From: Octopus sinensis
Taxonomy: Eukaryota
DNA length: 64,000 bases
Direction of reading: 5' to 3'
Assembly (NCBI RefSeq): GCF_006345805.1
Contig: NC_043001.1
Span: 38,936,001 to 39,000,000 of the forward strand
Part shown: one piece after another, positions 13,236 to 24,649 of the stretch
Layout: each line of letters begins with the position of its first letter
Numbering within the stretch: the first letter of the stretch is position 1
Program-made: the position numbers and the translations under genes
Notes under the pieces: generated by a model
What the model was told of the DNA's origin: nothing
The model's database searches: none
Seen by the model: only the letters and a program-made list of their open reading frames with translations

Positions 13236-13336
13236 CGATTATTTGCACCTCTGAGGATTGTGAATGAAATTGTCTTTTTCTTAATGTCAGACACCAATGA
13301 CCAGATGTCCAATCTTCAACCACAACTGAGATGGTA

Positions 13337-14290
13337 ATGATGATGATGATGATGATAATGATATACATATACAACTAATCCACCATTGTTGACAATGACC
13401 AAGGGTATCTTGTGAGACTAGAAGATGGATTGCAGTGTTTGGCTGTGGCCATTCAGTCTGATACATACTCAAAAGGCTTTTCCACAAATCGGGCACTGGT
13501 AGTCTGCTGGGGCTGAAAGTAAAGAGTTGGCTCTGCATTGTATGCATTTTCACCATGCCCTCACAATCCTGTTCTGTTTGTAGGAGGTGGTACTTCTGTT
13601 GGTGTAGTCAGGCAGGGCAGTCTTGAGCTTGCATTTCCCAGGTATCAGTGTTGATCTGAAAGCTCTTCAGTGAGGCTTAGAGTGTATCCTTGAAGCACTT
13701 TTTCTGTTCACTTTGCATGCACTTGCCTTCCGTCAGTTCACTGTAAACCAATATCTGAGGGAGTTGCATGTCAGGCATTTGAACAAGATGGGTCTCAACT
13801 TCTGACTTGTCTTACTAGGTGATTTCCAACAACTTTCTAGGGCAGTGATATCAAAGCAATTTAGCTTTTCGGTGTGACATATCTAAACCATACAAATCTC
13901 ACAGGCATACAATAGCATAGGCAGTAAAGCTGCTTCATACACCTTTACCTTGGTGACCAGCCTAATACCTCTCCTCACCTACAGTGATTCGGCTGCCTGG
14001 AGAAATTCACCAGTATGGTGTGTCAGTTTCACAACAGCATGCTTGCTCAAGTACTGGATCAAGGAGATTCTTCCTCTGACACATTCCCAGTCACTCATGA
14101 AGTCAAGAAGGGCTGTGTACTTGCACCTATGCTATTCAGCAAGACGTACTCAGCCATGCTGTTGGATGCTTCTGCAATGATGATAAAACCAGCATCAAGA
14201 TCATATTCACTACCGATGGCAGACTCTTTAATCTGCGGAGGCTACAGGCCAAAACCAATATGGAAGAAGACTCAGTGTATGACCTTTAGG
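13337..14290. mobile_element. RTE (BovB-like) LINE relic in two oppositely oriented segments
   Basis: Plus strand ~14000-14290: MVCQFHNSMLAQVLDQGDSSSDTFPVTHEVKKGCVLAPMLFS (RT). Minus strand ~13990-13430: GIRLVTKVKVYEAALLPMLLYACE...HLVQMPDMQLPQILVYSELTEGK...KKCFKDTL; (ATC)n tail near 13337-13362. Confidence 0.65.
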
Positions 14291-14875
14291 TGTTTTAGCA
14301 ACCAGTGCTATGAGGGAGTCATCCCCAAGTGCTATGCTGCAGTGACTCTGGCAAACAAACAAAACACAAACATGGAATATGTGCAACCAATAATGTTTAC
14401 AACATTAGAGTTGCTTTTAATTCATTACTGAATATATATATATATATACACTCAACAAAATATTTTCCTTACAAAAAGGAAGGCCATTAGCTAGATTAAT
14501 TAGATATTCTCCCAGTCTTTTGGAATGTTAGTTATAATATAATCATTTAATCTATAATATATAAATCTATAGTATCTACAGTTGCATTTAGTAAATAATC
14601 AAACAATTTATACTTTTAAACTTCATTTCCTCACAATTTCAATAGTATTTTATTTGCATAAGGATTCACTTGCAAAACTTTACACGTATAAGGTTTTGAT
14701 TTACTGTCACCTTAACAAAGATTCTATTATACTAATTGGAAAAGGCAGATAGAAGAGCCAACTAACATGTGAACTATATATGATTTTGTATTACCTTCCT
14801 ACAACTTGGGTTCAACTGATAGAAATTTTCTATCTACTTTCAAATAAACAACAAATAAGAATGTTATATACTTAC

Positions 14876-14894
14876 TCTTTATTGCGTTTAACAC
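14876..14894 (-). CDS. Putative 19-nt cytoplasmic-tail microexon of the Ig receptor
   Basis: Acceptor TTTTACTTTTTTTTAG, donor GTAAGT; phase 1 in, phase 2 out, giving (G)VKRNK(E). Confidence 0.5.
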
Positions 14895-16354
14895 CTAAAA
14901 AAAAGTAAAAAGTGATGCATATAGGAATGTTATTCAATATTAAACATTTCTTGTGAGAGTAGTACAAGTAATTTTCTATATCAAATAAGACTACCATTAG
15001 TTACAGCAGTAAATTTTGAAACAAATTTATCTCAGATTTTCCATGTTGTTAAGATTGTAAGATTTACAAACACCTCTTCCACTCTTCCTTCACACCCTCG
15101 TAAAATAGTCCTTCCTTCCATCTCCCACTCTCCTGCTACCATCTCATGAACTTACTCAGCCACTTGCCTGATCCAATCTTTGGTTCCTGTCACTCCATGT
15201 ATCTTGAGTGTCACCTTCCATTGCATCTTCAACATCTCTCTTCCCCTCTCACTCCAACTCAGTTACCCAATGTATCTCCTCTACTGCAAGACACTAATTT
15301 CTGTACCTCCATCCATACTCTAACCTCTCATCACCTGGCACAAAGCCACCTCTCTCAATTCTATTCCCTACTCAGTTGAGAGTGTCTTGTCTTTCTAGTT
15401 ACTTGGTGACTTCACTGCTGCTAGTGCCAGTTAAAAGGCACTCAGTACACTCTGTAAAGTGGTTGGCATTTTGAAGGGCATCCAACCATAGAAAACATGT
15501 CAAAGCAGGCAATGGAGCTTGGTACATATATCTATATTCTCTCTGTCCCCCAACTGTCTTACCCGAGTGTGTATGTGTGTGTGTGTTAATGTGATGTCTA
15601 TGTGTATAGATATGTGCAAGTATAGTAGTGTATGCGTGTAATTTTTAGGTAGGTTGTGTAAAAGCATGTATGTGAGGAGATGAGAGTGTGTATGAGCATA
15701 TGGAAAAATTGATGAAACAGATTGGACAATAAGTACAAGGTGGAAGATATTATTGATGTGTGAGCAAGTTTTCACCAAAAGCATATAGAGGTTGGAGAAT
15801 GCATTCAAAGGAAAGCAGATGTGAAACAATGAGAGACAGTTTAAACTAAAATTTTAAAATGTGGTAGAAATATTTAAATTCAGTGTTGATAAAAACAAAG
15901 ATAATGGTAAAAAGTCCAGAGAAATTGAAGGTAAAAAGTTTCCAGGAAAATCATCCAATTCAAGAAGATGAAACAATATACATTAAGATGATGAAAAGCC
16001 AGATGCTAATGCACAAAAGAAATAAAATGGCAAACAGAGGTGAGAAGAGAAATAACAGAATGGAATCTATAAAGAGAAGATTTGATGCAAGGGAAAAGAA
16101 GGAGCAGGAAAAGCAGTATCTGAGGGTGTGGCTATTGACAAACTGAAGATTGTGTAGTAGTCAAGCAGAAATGGCATGTGGAAGTAAGAGGAGAAAGAAG
16201 TAGGAGAGAGAAGGGAACATAAGGCTTAGGTGTGTAATTCTGGAACAAGAAGGAAGGAAGGCAATGTAAGTTAGGGTGAGGTGATGAATTTAGACCAAAG
16301 TTTTGAAAAGAATGTATTCCTGTTACTTCTGGAAGAGAGGATATATATAGTAAC

Positions 16355-17045
16355 AAAGGACCTCTACCTCAGTGTAAAAAGCAGATTGTATGATGCCTAT
16401 GTGTGAACAGCCATGTTACATGGCAGTGAAACATGGGCTGTGACTGCAGAGGACATGTGAAGACTTGAAAGAAATGAAGCTGGTATGCTCCACTGGTTGT
16501 GCATGTCAATGTGCACATAGAACAAAGTGCGTCTTAGAGAAAAATTGGGCATAAGAGGCATCAGATACAGTGTGCTAGAGAGAGTACTGCTGTATGGTCA
16601 AATGATGCATATGGATGGGGACAGCTGCATAAAGAGGTGCTGATCTCTTATTGTGGAAGGAAACTGTGGAAGAGGTCGACCCAGGAAGATGTGGGTTGAG
16701 GTGGTGAAATGTGATCTTTGGATGTTGAGTCTCATGGAGGCAGTGACAAGTGACCAGGACTTCTGGCAAATTGCTGTGCTTGGGAAGAGGCATCAAGCTA
16801 AGTGGAACTCTGATTCTGGCCTAGTGCTGGTGATGTGTGAATGGCACTTGTACCAGTGACATGTAAGATGGACCTGTGCTAGTGACACATAAAAGGCATC
16901 GAGTACACTCACTGGAGCAGTTGGTGCTAGGAAGGGTATCCAGCCATAAAAACCAAACCAAAATGTACTGGAGCTTAATGTAGCTCTCCAGCTTACAATT
17001 TGCAGTTAAATTGTCAAACTCATGCCAGCATGGAAAATGGATTAT
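16355..17045 (+). mobile_element. RTE LINE 3' fragment
   Basis: TAMLHGSETWAVTAEDM*RLERNE...GRGRPRKMWVEVVKCDL plus the family 3' tail. Confidence 0.8.
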
Positions 17046-17197
17046 AAGAAGTAAGAGCTAAAATGTTCCTAATGCTATAAGAAAAGCACATAAATGTATA
17101 CATATATGCTCTCAGAGGCTCAGGAATTCTCCATTGTTTTGGGTGATTGCAGCCCTTGTGAGCATATATATATACATATATATGCTTTTCCTACAGT

Positions 17198-18420
17198 ATT
17201 AGGAGCTCAAAGACCCAGCAAACAGACAAAAATTTAGAGATTTACTAATGGAAGCTTCTGAAGAAAGAGAGGAAGAGTTGGGGACACATAGCTTAGAGGA
17301 CAATTGGAAGTTCTTGTGAGACAATCTACTGAGGGCTACAGATGATATCTGTGGTTGGTGCAGAGTCCCAGCTAGATCAAGGGTGACATGGTAGTGGAGC
17401 AAGGAAGTTGACAGTGCTATAAAATCAAAAAGACAGGCCTGGAAAAACTGGAAAACCAGAGGAAGCAGAGAATTATATCAGGTAGCTAAAAGGGCAGCTA
17501 GGCGTCAGGTATGCATAGCAAAAGGAGTAGCTGAAGGTAAGAGATTAGCAAATGTTCTACAGTATGAGATGTTCAGGATTGCAAAGCAGTGTATCAGAGA
17601 GAATAGGGATTTGGTGCGTGAGAAATGTGTGCAAATGGATAATGGTATGCTTGCACTTAGCAAATCATAGAAGTAAGATGTATAGCAGTGTCACAATGAA
17701 ATGTTATTAAATGTGGAATATGAATGGGAGGAGAGTTTACCAAATATCGAACCAATTGAGGAACTAGCCATCAGAGTTGATAGAAGTAAAATAGATAAGG
17801 CAATTAAGGACATGAAAGCCCCTAAGCCATCAAGAGTCATTACCGAGATGATTAGAATTTCCGGTGGTGTAGGATATAGCTTAGTTACCTGCATAGTTAA
17901 TCAGGTTATTCAGGAAAGCACCATCCTCAATGACAAGTGTAGTAGTATATTAGTTAGCTGCTACAAGGGTAAAAGTGATGCCTTAGATAGAAACAATTAC
18001 AGAAGTATTAAATTGCTAGACCAAGTCATGAATGTTAGAGAGAGTTATGGCTCAATTGATTAGAAATAGAATGAAACTAGATGAGATGCAGTTTGGTTTT
18101 GTACCTGGAAAGAATTCCACAGATGCCATCTTTGAAGTGAGACAGCCACAAGAAAAGTATTTGGCAAAATTCCTCATCTTTTAAAATGTGGCCCACGTAG
18201 ACCCGAATGAAATCGGGTTATAATACTGAAACACGTAAGACAATAATAAAAGCACCCACTACACTCTCGGAGTGGTTGGCGTTAGGAACGGCATCCAGCA
18301 GTAGAAACTCTGCCAGATCAGATTGGACCCTGTGCAGCCATCTGGTTCGCCAGACCTCAGTCAAATAGTCCAACCCATGCTAGCATGGAAAACGGACATT
18401 AAACGATAATGATGATGATG
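17198..18420 (+). mobile_element. RTE LINE internal fragment joined to a 3' tail
   Basis: ORF 17701..18063 (EWEESLPNIEP...CYKGKSDALDRNNYRSIKLLDQVM) continues to QFGFVPGKNSTDAIF; the tail at 18250-18420 ends in (GAT)n. Confidence 0.82.
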
Positions 18421-18539
18421 ATATATATATATATGTGTATATGTATATATGTGAATATATATATATATGTGTGTGTGTAGACATGTATATATAATGCATA
18501 TATATATGTACATATTTAATGCGTATGTGTATATATATA

Positions 18540-19275
18540 TATATATATAATGTGTGCATATGTGGTCGGATTGAGCTGAAAATATGCACACCTATGTTAA
18601 AAGTGCTAGTGAGTTTGCTCAATTGAAAGGCATGGCCTCTAGGGCAAAATTCCTCATCTTTTAAAATGTGGCCCGTGTAGACCCAAATGAAATTGGGTTA
18701 TAAATCCAAAACAAGTAAAACAATAATAAACTATTTTAATCCTGAGCAAGGCCGGGTATATCTGTCTAATCTATAAAATGAAGAAGGCAAACGTTGATAC
18801 AAATTGATTTTTATGTAAAATGGGGTCTAAATGGGGCTGGAAGGGGATTAAAATTTACAGGAGAGGATAATTTGAGGTGAGAAATTGATTGGGAGACGTT
18901 TTGGGGCACAACAGTAGTTGCTTTGGTTTGAAAACGGAGATTTTATTGATTTTTGTGGACACTTGGGGGTCTAGATTGGACATCTTTTGCCCGATTTCAA
19001 TCAAATTTTCAACATGATAAAGTAGAAGCAGATTTGTAATTTAAGTGCAGAAATTTAATTTTTTTATAAATGGGAGAGAGATAGATAGAGAAAGATAAAG
19101 AGTAAGAGAAAGCGAGGGAGAGTCCCAGAGAAAGGAAGAGTAAGAGAGTGGGAAAGTGAGAGAGAAAGGAGAGAGAAACAAAGAGGGAGAATGGGGCAAA
19201 AAGAAATAGAAAGGAAGCAACAGAAAGTAACAACCACACCCTCACCCATGCGTAGAGTGGGTCACATTAAACTAG
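18540..19275 (+). mobile_element. Two adjacent non-autonomous Helitron-like elements
   Basis: The first ends with hairpin CCTGAGCAAGGCCGGG and a degenerate CTAAT near 18770. The second starts TCTATAAAATG and ends CCCATGCGTAGAGTGGG...AACTAGT at ~19275. Confidence 0.55.
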
Positions 19276-19599
19276 TTGAATTATATTTTGTATATAATCA
19301 TCTATAATATGTCTTTTGAATCCACTCTTTGATTTGAGGTTTTCTTCGGTTTTTATAATTGGATGAATTTATATTGAATTCATTTACTTTATTTATTTTG
19401 TTCATTGCTAGCTTAAGACTGTTAACTGAAAGGACCAATGAAACAACTCTATTTTTAAAGGTGTATCCTTTAAGTAGTTTTTGATCATATCGTTATTTCT
19501 GTTCTATTTTAACAAAACTGTCAAACGAATGGGAACATGAAACTCTGAGTAACAGCTTTTGTTAAATTTCTGCTGCTTTTCAATAAAGTATATATATAA

Positions 19600-19659
<60 letters not shown>

Positions 19660-20003
19660 GTGCTAGCAACCATTATCTCGGCCTATGCTGCTCAGCCAAG
19701 GCTACCCGATGGACAGAAAGACCGATTCTATGACACCCTCTTGCAGATTACCTCGTTGATGAATGACAGGGACCTTCTATTTGTGGCTGGTGACTTCAAT
19801 GGACATGTTGGACAACATACAGGGGGCCCTCCATGACATACATGGAGGCTACAGTTTTGGTTCCAAAAATGAGGAAGGAACCAGGATGCTGGAGTTCTGC
19901 GATGCAAATGATCTTATGGTTTGCAATACTAACTTCAGGAAAACTGCCAGTCACCTACCGTTCTGGCAGACACACTAGCCAAATTGACTACATCCTCACC
20001 AGA
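19660..20003 (+). mobile_element. RTE LINE AP-endonuclease fragment
   Basis: IISAYAAQ...FVAGDFNGHVG...HGGYSFGSKNEEGTRMLEFC...SQIDYILTR. Confidence 0.85.
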
Positions 20004-20322
20004 GTTAGAAAGACCCCTTCATGGGGACTTAATACCCACAATTTTGTCATTTTATCTAAGCAAAGACGAATAGTTGTACTCTTGGAAGCTGTGAGATTAT
20101 CCGAGCATAGATGAGCGTTATTTGTAATTCAGTGGTACAACAGTGTAAAAGTTTGCTTTGACATACACTTAGATTGTGATTTCTGCAATGTGCTGCATAA
20201 ATTGTCAAGTAAATGAGAGGCATCTTTGCCTCCACTGATTCAGTTGCAAAGTGTTGAGTAAAGTTATTTGATTGCAGATTTCCTTTCAGTCTTTGATATA
20301 ATAAATATGAATGTACACATAT

Positions 20323-20424
<102 letters not shown>

Positions 20425-20444
20425 TATATATATATGATAGATAC

Positions 20445-20687
20445 AACTGAGTGGGCAAACAAAAATATGAGACACAGCGTAGTGCTTTTTTATTGTTGAT
20501 AAGCCTGGTACTTATTCTATTAGTTTCTTCTTGTGAAAACAGTAAGTTATGGGGATGTAAATAAACGAACAGCAGTTGTGAAGCAGTGATGAGGGTGAAA
20601 CACAGAAACAAAGTCACACACATACACTTAAATATATACATACATATATATACGATTGATTTCTTTAAGTTTCTCTCTACGAAATCC

Positions 20688-20742
<55 letters not shown>

Positions 20743-20781
20743 CATATATATATATATATATATGTATATGTGTGTATATAT

Positions 20782-20829
<48 letters not shown>

Positions 20830-21225
20830 ATATATACACACACACAAAGATAAATTGTGTGGGCAAACAAAAATATGAGATACTGCCTAGTGGTTTTTTT
20901 AATTTTGATAAGCCTGGTACTTATTCTATCAGTTTCTTCTTGTGAAACTAGTAAGTTATGGGGATGTAAATAAACGAACACCAGTTGTGAGGCAGTGATG
21001 AGGGAGAAACACAAAGACACACACATAGACTTACTTATATACATACATATATATATATATACGATTGATTTCTTTCAGTTTCTGTCTACAAAATCCACTG
21101 ACAAGGCTTTGGTTTGTCTGAGGCTATAGCAGAAAACACATGCCAAGTAACAACACAGTGGGACTGAAGTTAGGACCATGTGTTTTGGAACGAAGGTTGT
21201 TACCACACAGCCACACCTGCACCTA
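20445..21225 (-). repeat. SINE-like repeat with a tandemly duplicated ~240-bp segment separated by (TA)n
   Basis: GTGGGCAAACAAAAATATGAGA...GATAAGCCTGGTACTTATTCTAT...ACGATTGATTTCTTT...TCTAC at ~20450-20690 and ~20858-21098. The head GCAGGTGTGGCTGTGTGGTAACAA also occurs inverted at ~21425-21480. Confidence 0.7.
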
Positions 21226-21689
21226 TGTATGTGTGTGTGTGTATGTGTGTATGAGTGTATATATGTATGCATGTATGTATGTGAATATATATGTGTACAT
21301 ATTACATGTACATCTATATATATATACATCTACACATATACATGTATACATAAACATCTATATGTATAGAAATAAATGTATACATATACAGCTATACACA
21401 CACACACAAACACACACATACATTGGTGCAGGTGTGGCTGTGTGGTAACAAACTTCGTTCCAAAACACATAGGCCTGGGTTTAAATTTGAATTTAAAATA
21501 ATAAGGGTGAGAAATTGAATATTAATCTGATTAATATGAATTGAAAACCAGTGGTGTTGCATATAAGACCATAGCAGACCTTCTAGCAAAATGGATGTCC
21601 ACTGTTAATGGTTCATCGCTCTTATATAATAGTTTGACTTTAATAGTTTCAGTATTAAAGTGAAAGTATCTGACATAATAATAGAGAGA

Positions 21690-21915
21690 TGTTTTTGTTT
21701 CACTTTTAACATGTAATACTGAAATAGTGGAGAAGATATGATATTGCTGTGGTCTCGCCCTAGGCAAGAAGTTAGAATATTTTTGCCCATGACACTCCCT
21801 GGACCCCAAGTAAGGCATGTGTAAAATTTGAATGAAATTTATGGTGTAGTTCTCAAGTTTTAGGGGTTCACACAGACAGACAGACAGATACACATTCTCA
21901 GTTTTACATATATAT
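21690..21915 (-). mobile_element. Non-autonomous Helitron-like repeat (same family as 595-845)
   Basis: Reverse complement matches 605-825 (AAAACTGAGAATGTG...CTTGAGAACTACAC...CATGCCTTACTT...CAATATCATATCTTCTCCACTATTTCAG). Confidence 0.65.
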
Positions 21916-22190
21916 ATATACATATATATATGAAGAAAATCCTATCTTTATTTTAGATCACACCTTTACTTCTTATTACAAAAGAATTGTTGGATTTACC
22001 TGTCATGCATGAGGATTTAACTGGGATTTATATTCTATTTACATTTACTGGTATCTGATTGTTGGGAATTTAACCTTATTCATTTATACTGAGTGCTTAC
22101 TTGATACCTGCCAGGACTTTTTAATCCCATTTTATTCTTATCTCTCTGTCTGCATGTCTAACTGTCTGTATGTATGTATATACATACACA

Positions 22191-22314
22191 CTAGGTTGAG
22201 GAAAAAGTTTGTGCGCCATGTTAAAATAATGAACTGAATGAACACACACACCACAAAAATATATTAAAAAAAGTATTATTTTAACACAGTGCACAAACTT
22301 TTTCCTTGACCTAA
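22191..22314. mobile_element. Mariner-type MITE (~124 bp)
   Basis: ~40-bp imperfect TIRs TAGGTTGAGGAAAAAGTTTGTGCGCCATGTTAAAATAAT / ATTATTTTAACACAGTGCACAAACTTTTTCCTTGACCTA; TA at the right flank. Confidence 0.75.
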
Positions 22315-23049
22315 TATACTATGGAAGATTTTAGATTTGATGCAAAGTTCTGTGTTATCAGTCCATATATGAAAAGTAAAATTTCAATCCATTAAATGCT
22401 TCATAAAAAATATATGTAAAATAGATATTTTGATATGAAAGGCAAATATACACATTGAGGCAATACATACTCAGCGATATTTAAATCACGTAAATTTGTA
22501 CATACAGGATTGGTTTGTTGCATCGGAGACACTAATATAAAAGCTCCAAGAGTATATGGAAAGTTCGAAGGAAGAAGTCCAAATTAAAATCCAAATGTGA
22601 AAATTAACATATACATCCCATGGCCATTTCAGGAACATAGTGATAAGAATAGATATCGATTTAAAATCCATTCCAGTATCCATATTTCCTTCATCAGGGA
22701 TATCTATATCTTGTATGGATCATATCTGGTATTTTTGTTCATAAATGTCAAAGTTCAATTACACTATACCAGTTTGTATTTTATATAAAATCGATTGGAT
22801 GAAAAATGAGTTGAATAGAAATAAAATAATTAAGATGAATTTAAAATATATGGTGGAGGTAAAATTAAATATATAAGTTTCCAGGAAATTATTCTAGAAG
22901 TGAAATGATTTTTCTCTTTTTTCATTTTTTTGTTTTTTATTCATTACAGATTTATTGTTACTTAATGAAAGAATTTAAATGTGCATAGGTATTTATGTCT
23001 ACATAAGATGATCATTATTCCATAACTATTTTATTGATGAGAAACTTTT

Positions 23050-23960
23050 TATAGATTTTTTTGTTATTTAACAAAAAATTTATATGTGGTGAGGTATTTA
23101 TGCCTACATGAAGTGATAAGATTGGAGAATTTGCTTAGCATTATCTTCTTATTTAGACATAGTACATTGATCGATTCTTTTGTACATAACCTACAAGTTT
23201 GTGTATATGAATTAGAAGGAGAGGTTTCAGTAATATTTTGCATTTTTAGAAGGTTAACATATGTTACTAGTGATGAGGAAAATTTAGTTTTAGGGTTAAT
23301 AAATGAATTCATGTGCGCTCAGTATCTAGTTTTAATATCAGCTGTGCTCCCGATATATGTTTTAGATTGGTTAGGGTTAGATGTTAGTACTTGGCATTTA
23401 TAGATTAGGCTCTTTTGTTAAATAAGGGGCAGTATTCAGGCTTGCAGAAGTTGCATGCTTTTTGCCTCATGTGGGTTTTAAATCATTGTCCCAAATAATT
23501 TTCATTGATTTGTTTAGATTCCAAATTACTGAGAAGCAGTGTTTAGTTCATTAATCACATCCATTTGACTTGTCTGGGTAGGATTTATAGCCCCTTATTG
23601 TTGTGATTCACCAATTATATTTCTTCTTGTATTATCATTAAGTAAAATATTATTGTTGGGCTCCAGATCAGAGGTTTCCCAGAGAGAAACTTTACCTAAT
23701 GAATGGTTTCTAAGCTTGTATCTATTATTAGCTGCTATAATTGACCCTAGATTTGGTGTAGTGGAGTACAATATCTTTATACAAGATTTATTAAATATAG
23801 AATAATACTTATGGTTTTGTGGAAAGGTTTTTGCTAAGATTTTAAAAAATAAGCTGGGGAAGTTTCTAATTTGAAGAGAGAAGGGCAGGATAAACCATAT
23901 GGTTTCCCATTTTCTAGAAGAGTTTTTTATTGCCTGTTTATTTATATTGAATTTCTTAGT
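23050..23960 (-). mobile_element. Penelope-like relic (linker plus GIY-YIG)
   Basis: RKWETIWFILPFSL...FPQNHKYYSIFNKSCIKILYSTTPNLGSIIAANN matches the Penelope linker; ORF 23064..23312 ends CRLCTKES...SCRHKYL. Confidence 0.78.
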
Positions 23961-24049
23961 GGGTTTATGCCAATAGTTATGATTTTGTCGAATTTGATGA
24001 ATCTAGCATATATGGTAAGAATGTTGTTCAAATGAATCATTCAACATAC

Positions 24050-24250
24050 CATATATGGAGTAAAATTCTCCTTATTCATTATCCGCCACCCACAATACAG
24101 ACAGATACAGGTTGGTGAACATATAGAAAGGTGTGCTCGGAATTTCCTAATTTTCTCCTTCCCTCAATGTTCACAGAACACCTAAGTACAACAAATGCAT
24201 GAAGAGGCAACTTTTATCAATAAATATCTTCCACAACTCAATATGAACAC
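24050..24250 (+). mobile_element. Penelope-like GIY-YIG C-terminal fragment of a different subfamily
   Basis: IRHPQYRQIQVGEHIERC...F...EEATFINKYLPQLN. Confidence 0.55.
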
Positions 24251-24649
24251 CTAACAAAATACAGAACACTACTACCCTTTCAATTAATACCACTAACCCC
24301 CATACATCCCATACACCATTTACATTTCAGCTCTATATCTACCCTAATTGCACCAAATCTAGAACTACTTACCTCCCATACACATAACCGTTTTACTCAG
24401 TGACTAATAGACCTGACACCATTCATTAATTGATGTGCATTCAAAGCAATGATTAGTAAATTCACAAAACCCATATGCTTTTGAATCTCTTTAACAATTC
24501 ACAATAATGGCATTTATTACTTTTATTCATACCTCAGTTCATCTGATTGTATATATCTATCGTTACTTTCCATAAAAAGCCTTTACTTTTTTTGATTTCT
24601 AATGTGCATTTTTGCTTATCTTTCTTCTTACTTTCCCTCTAAATATATA

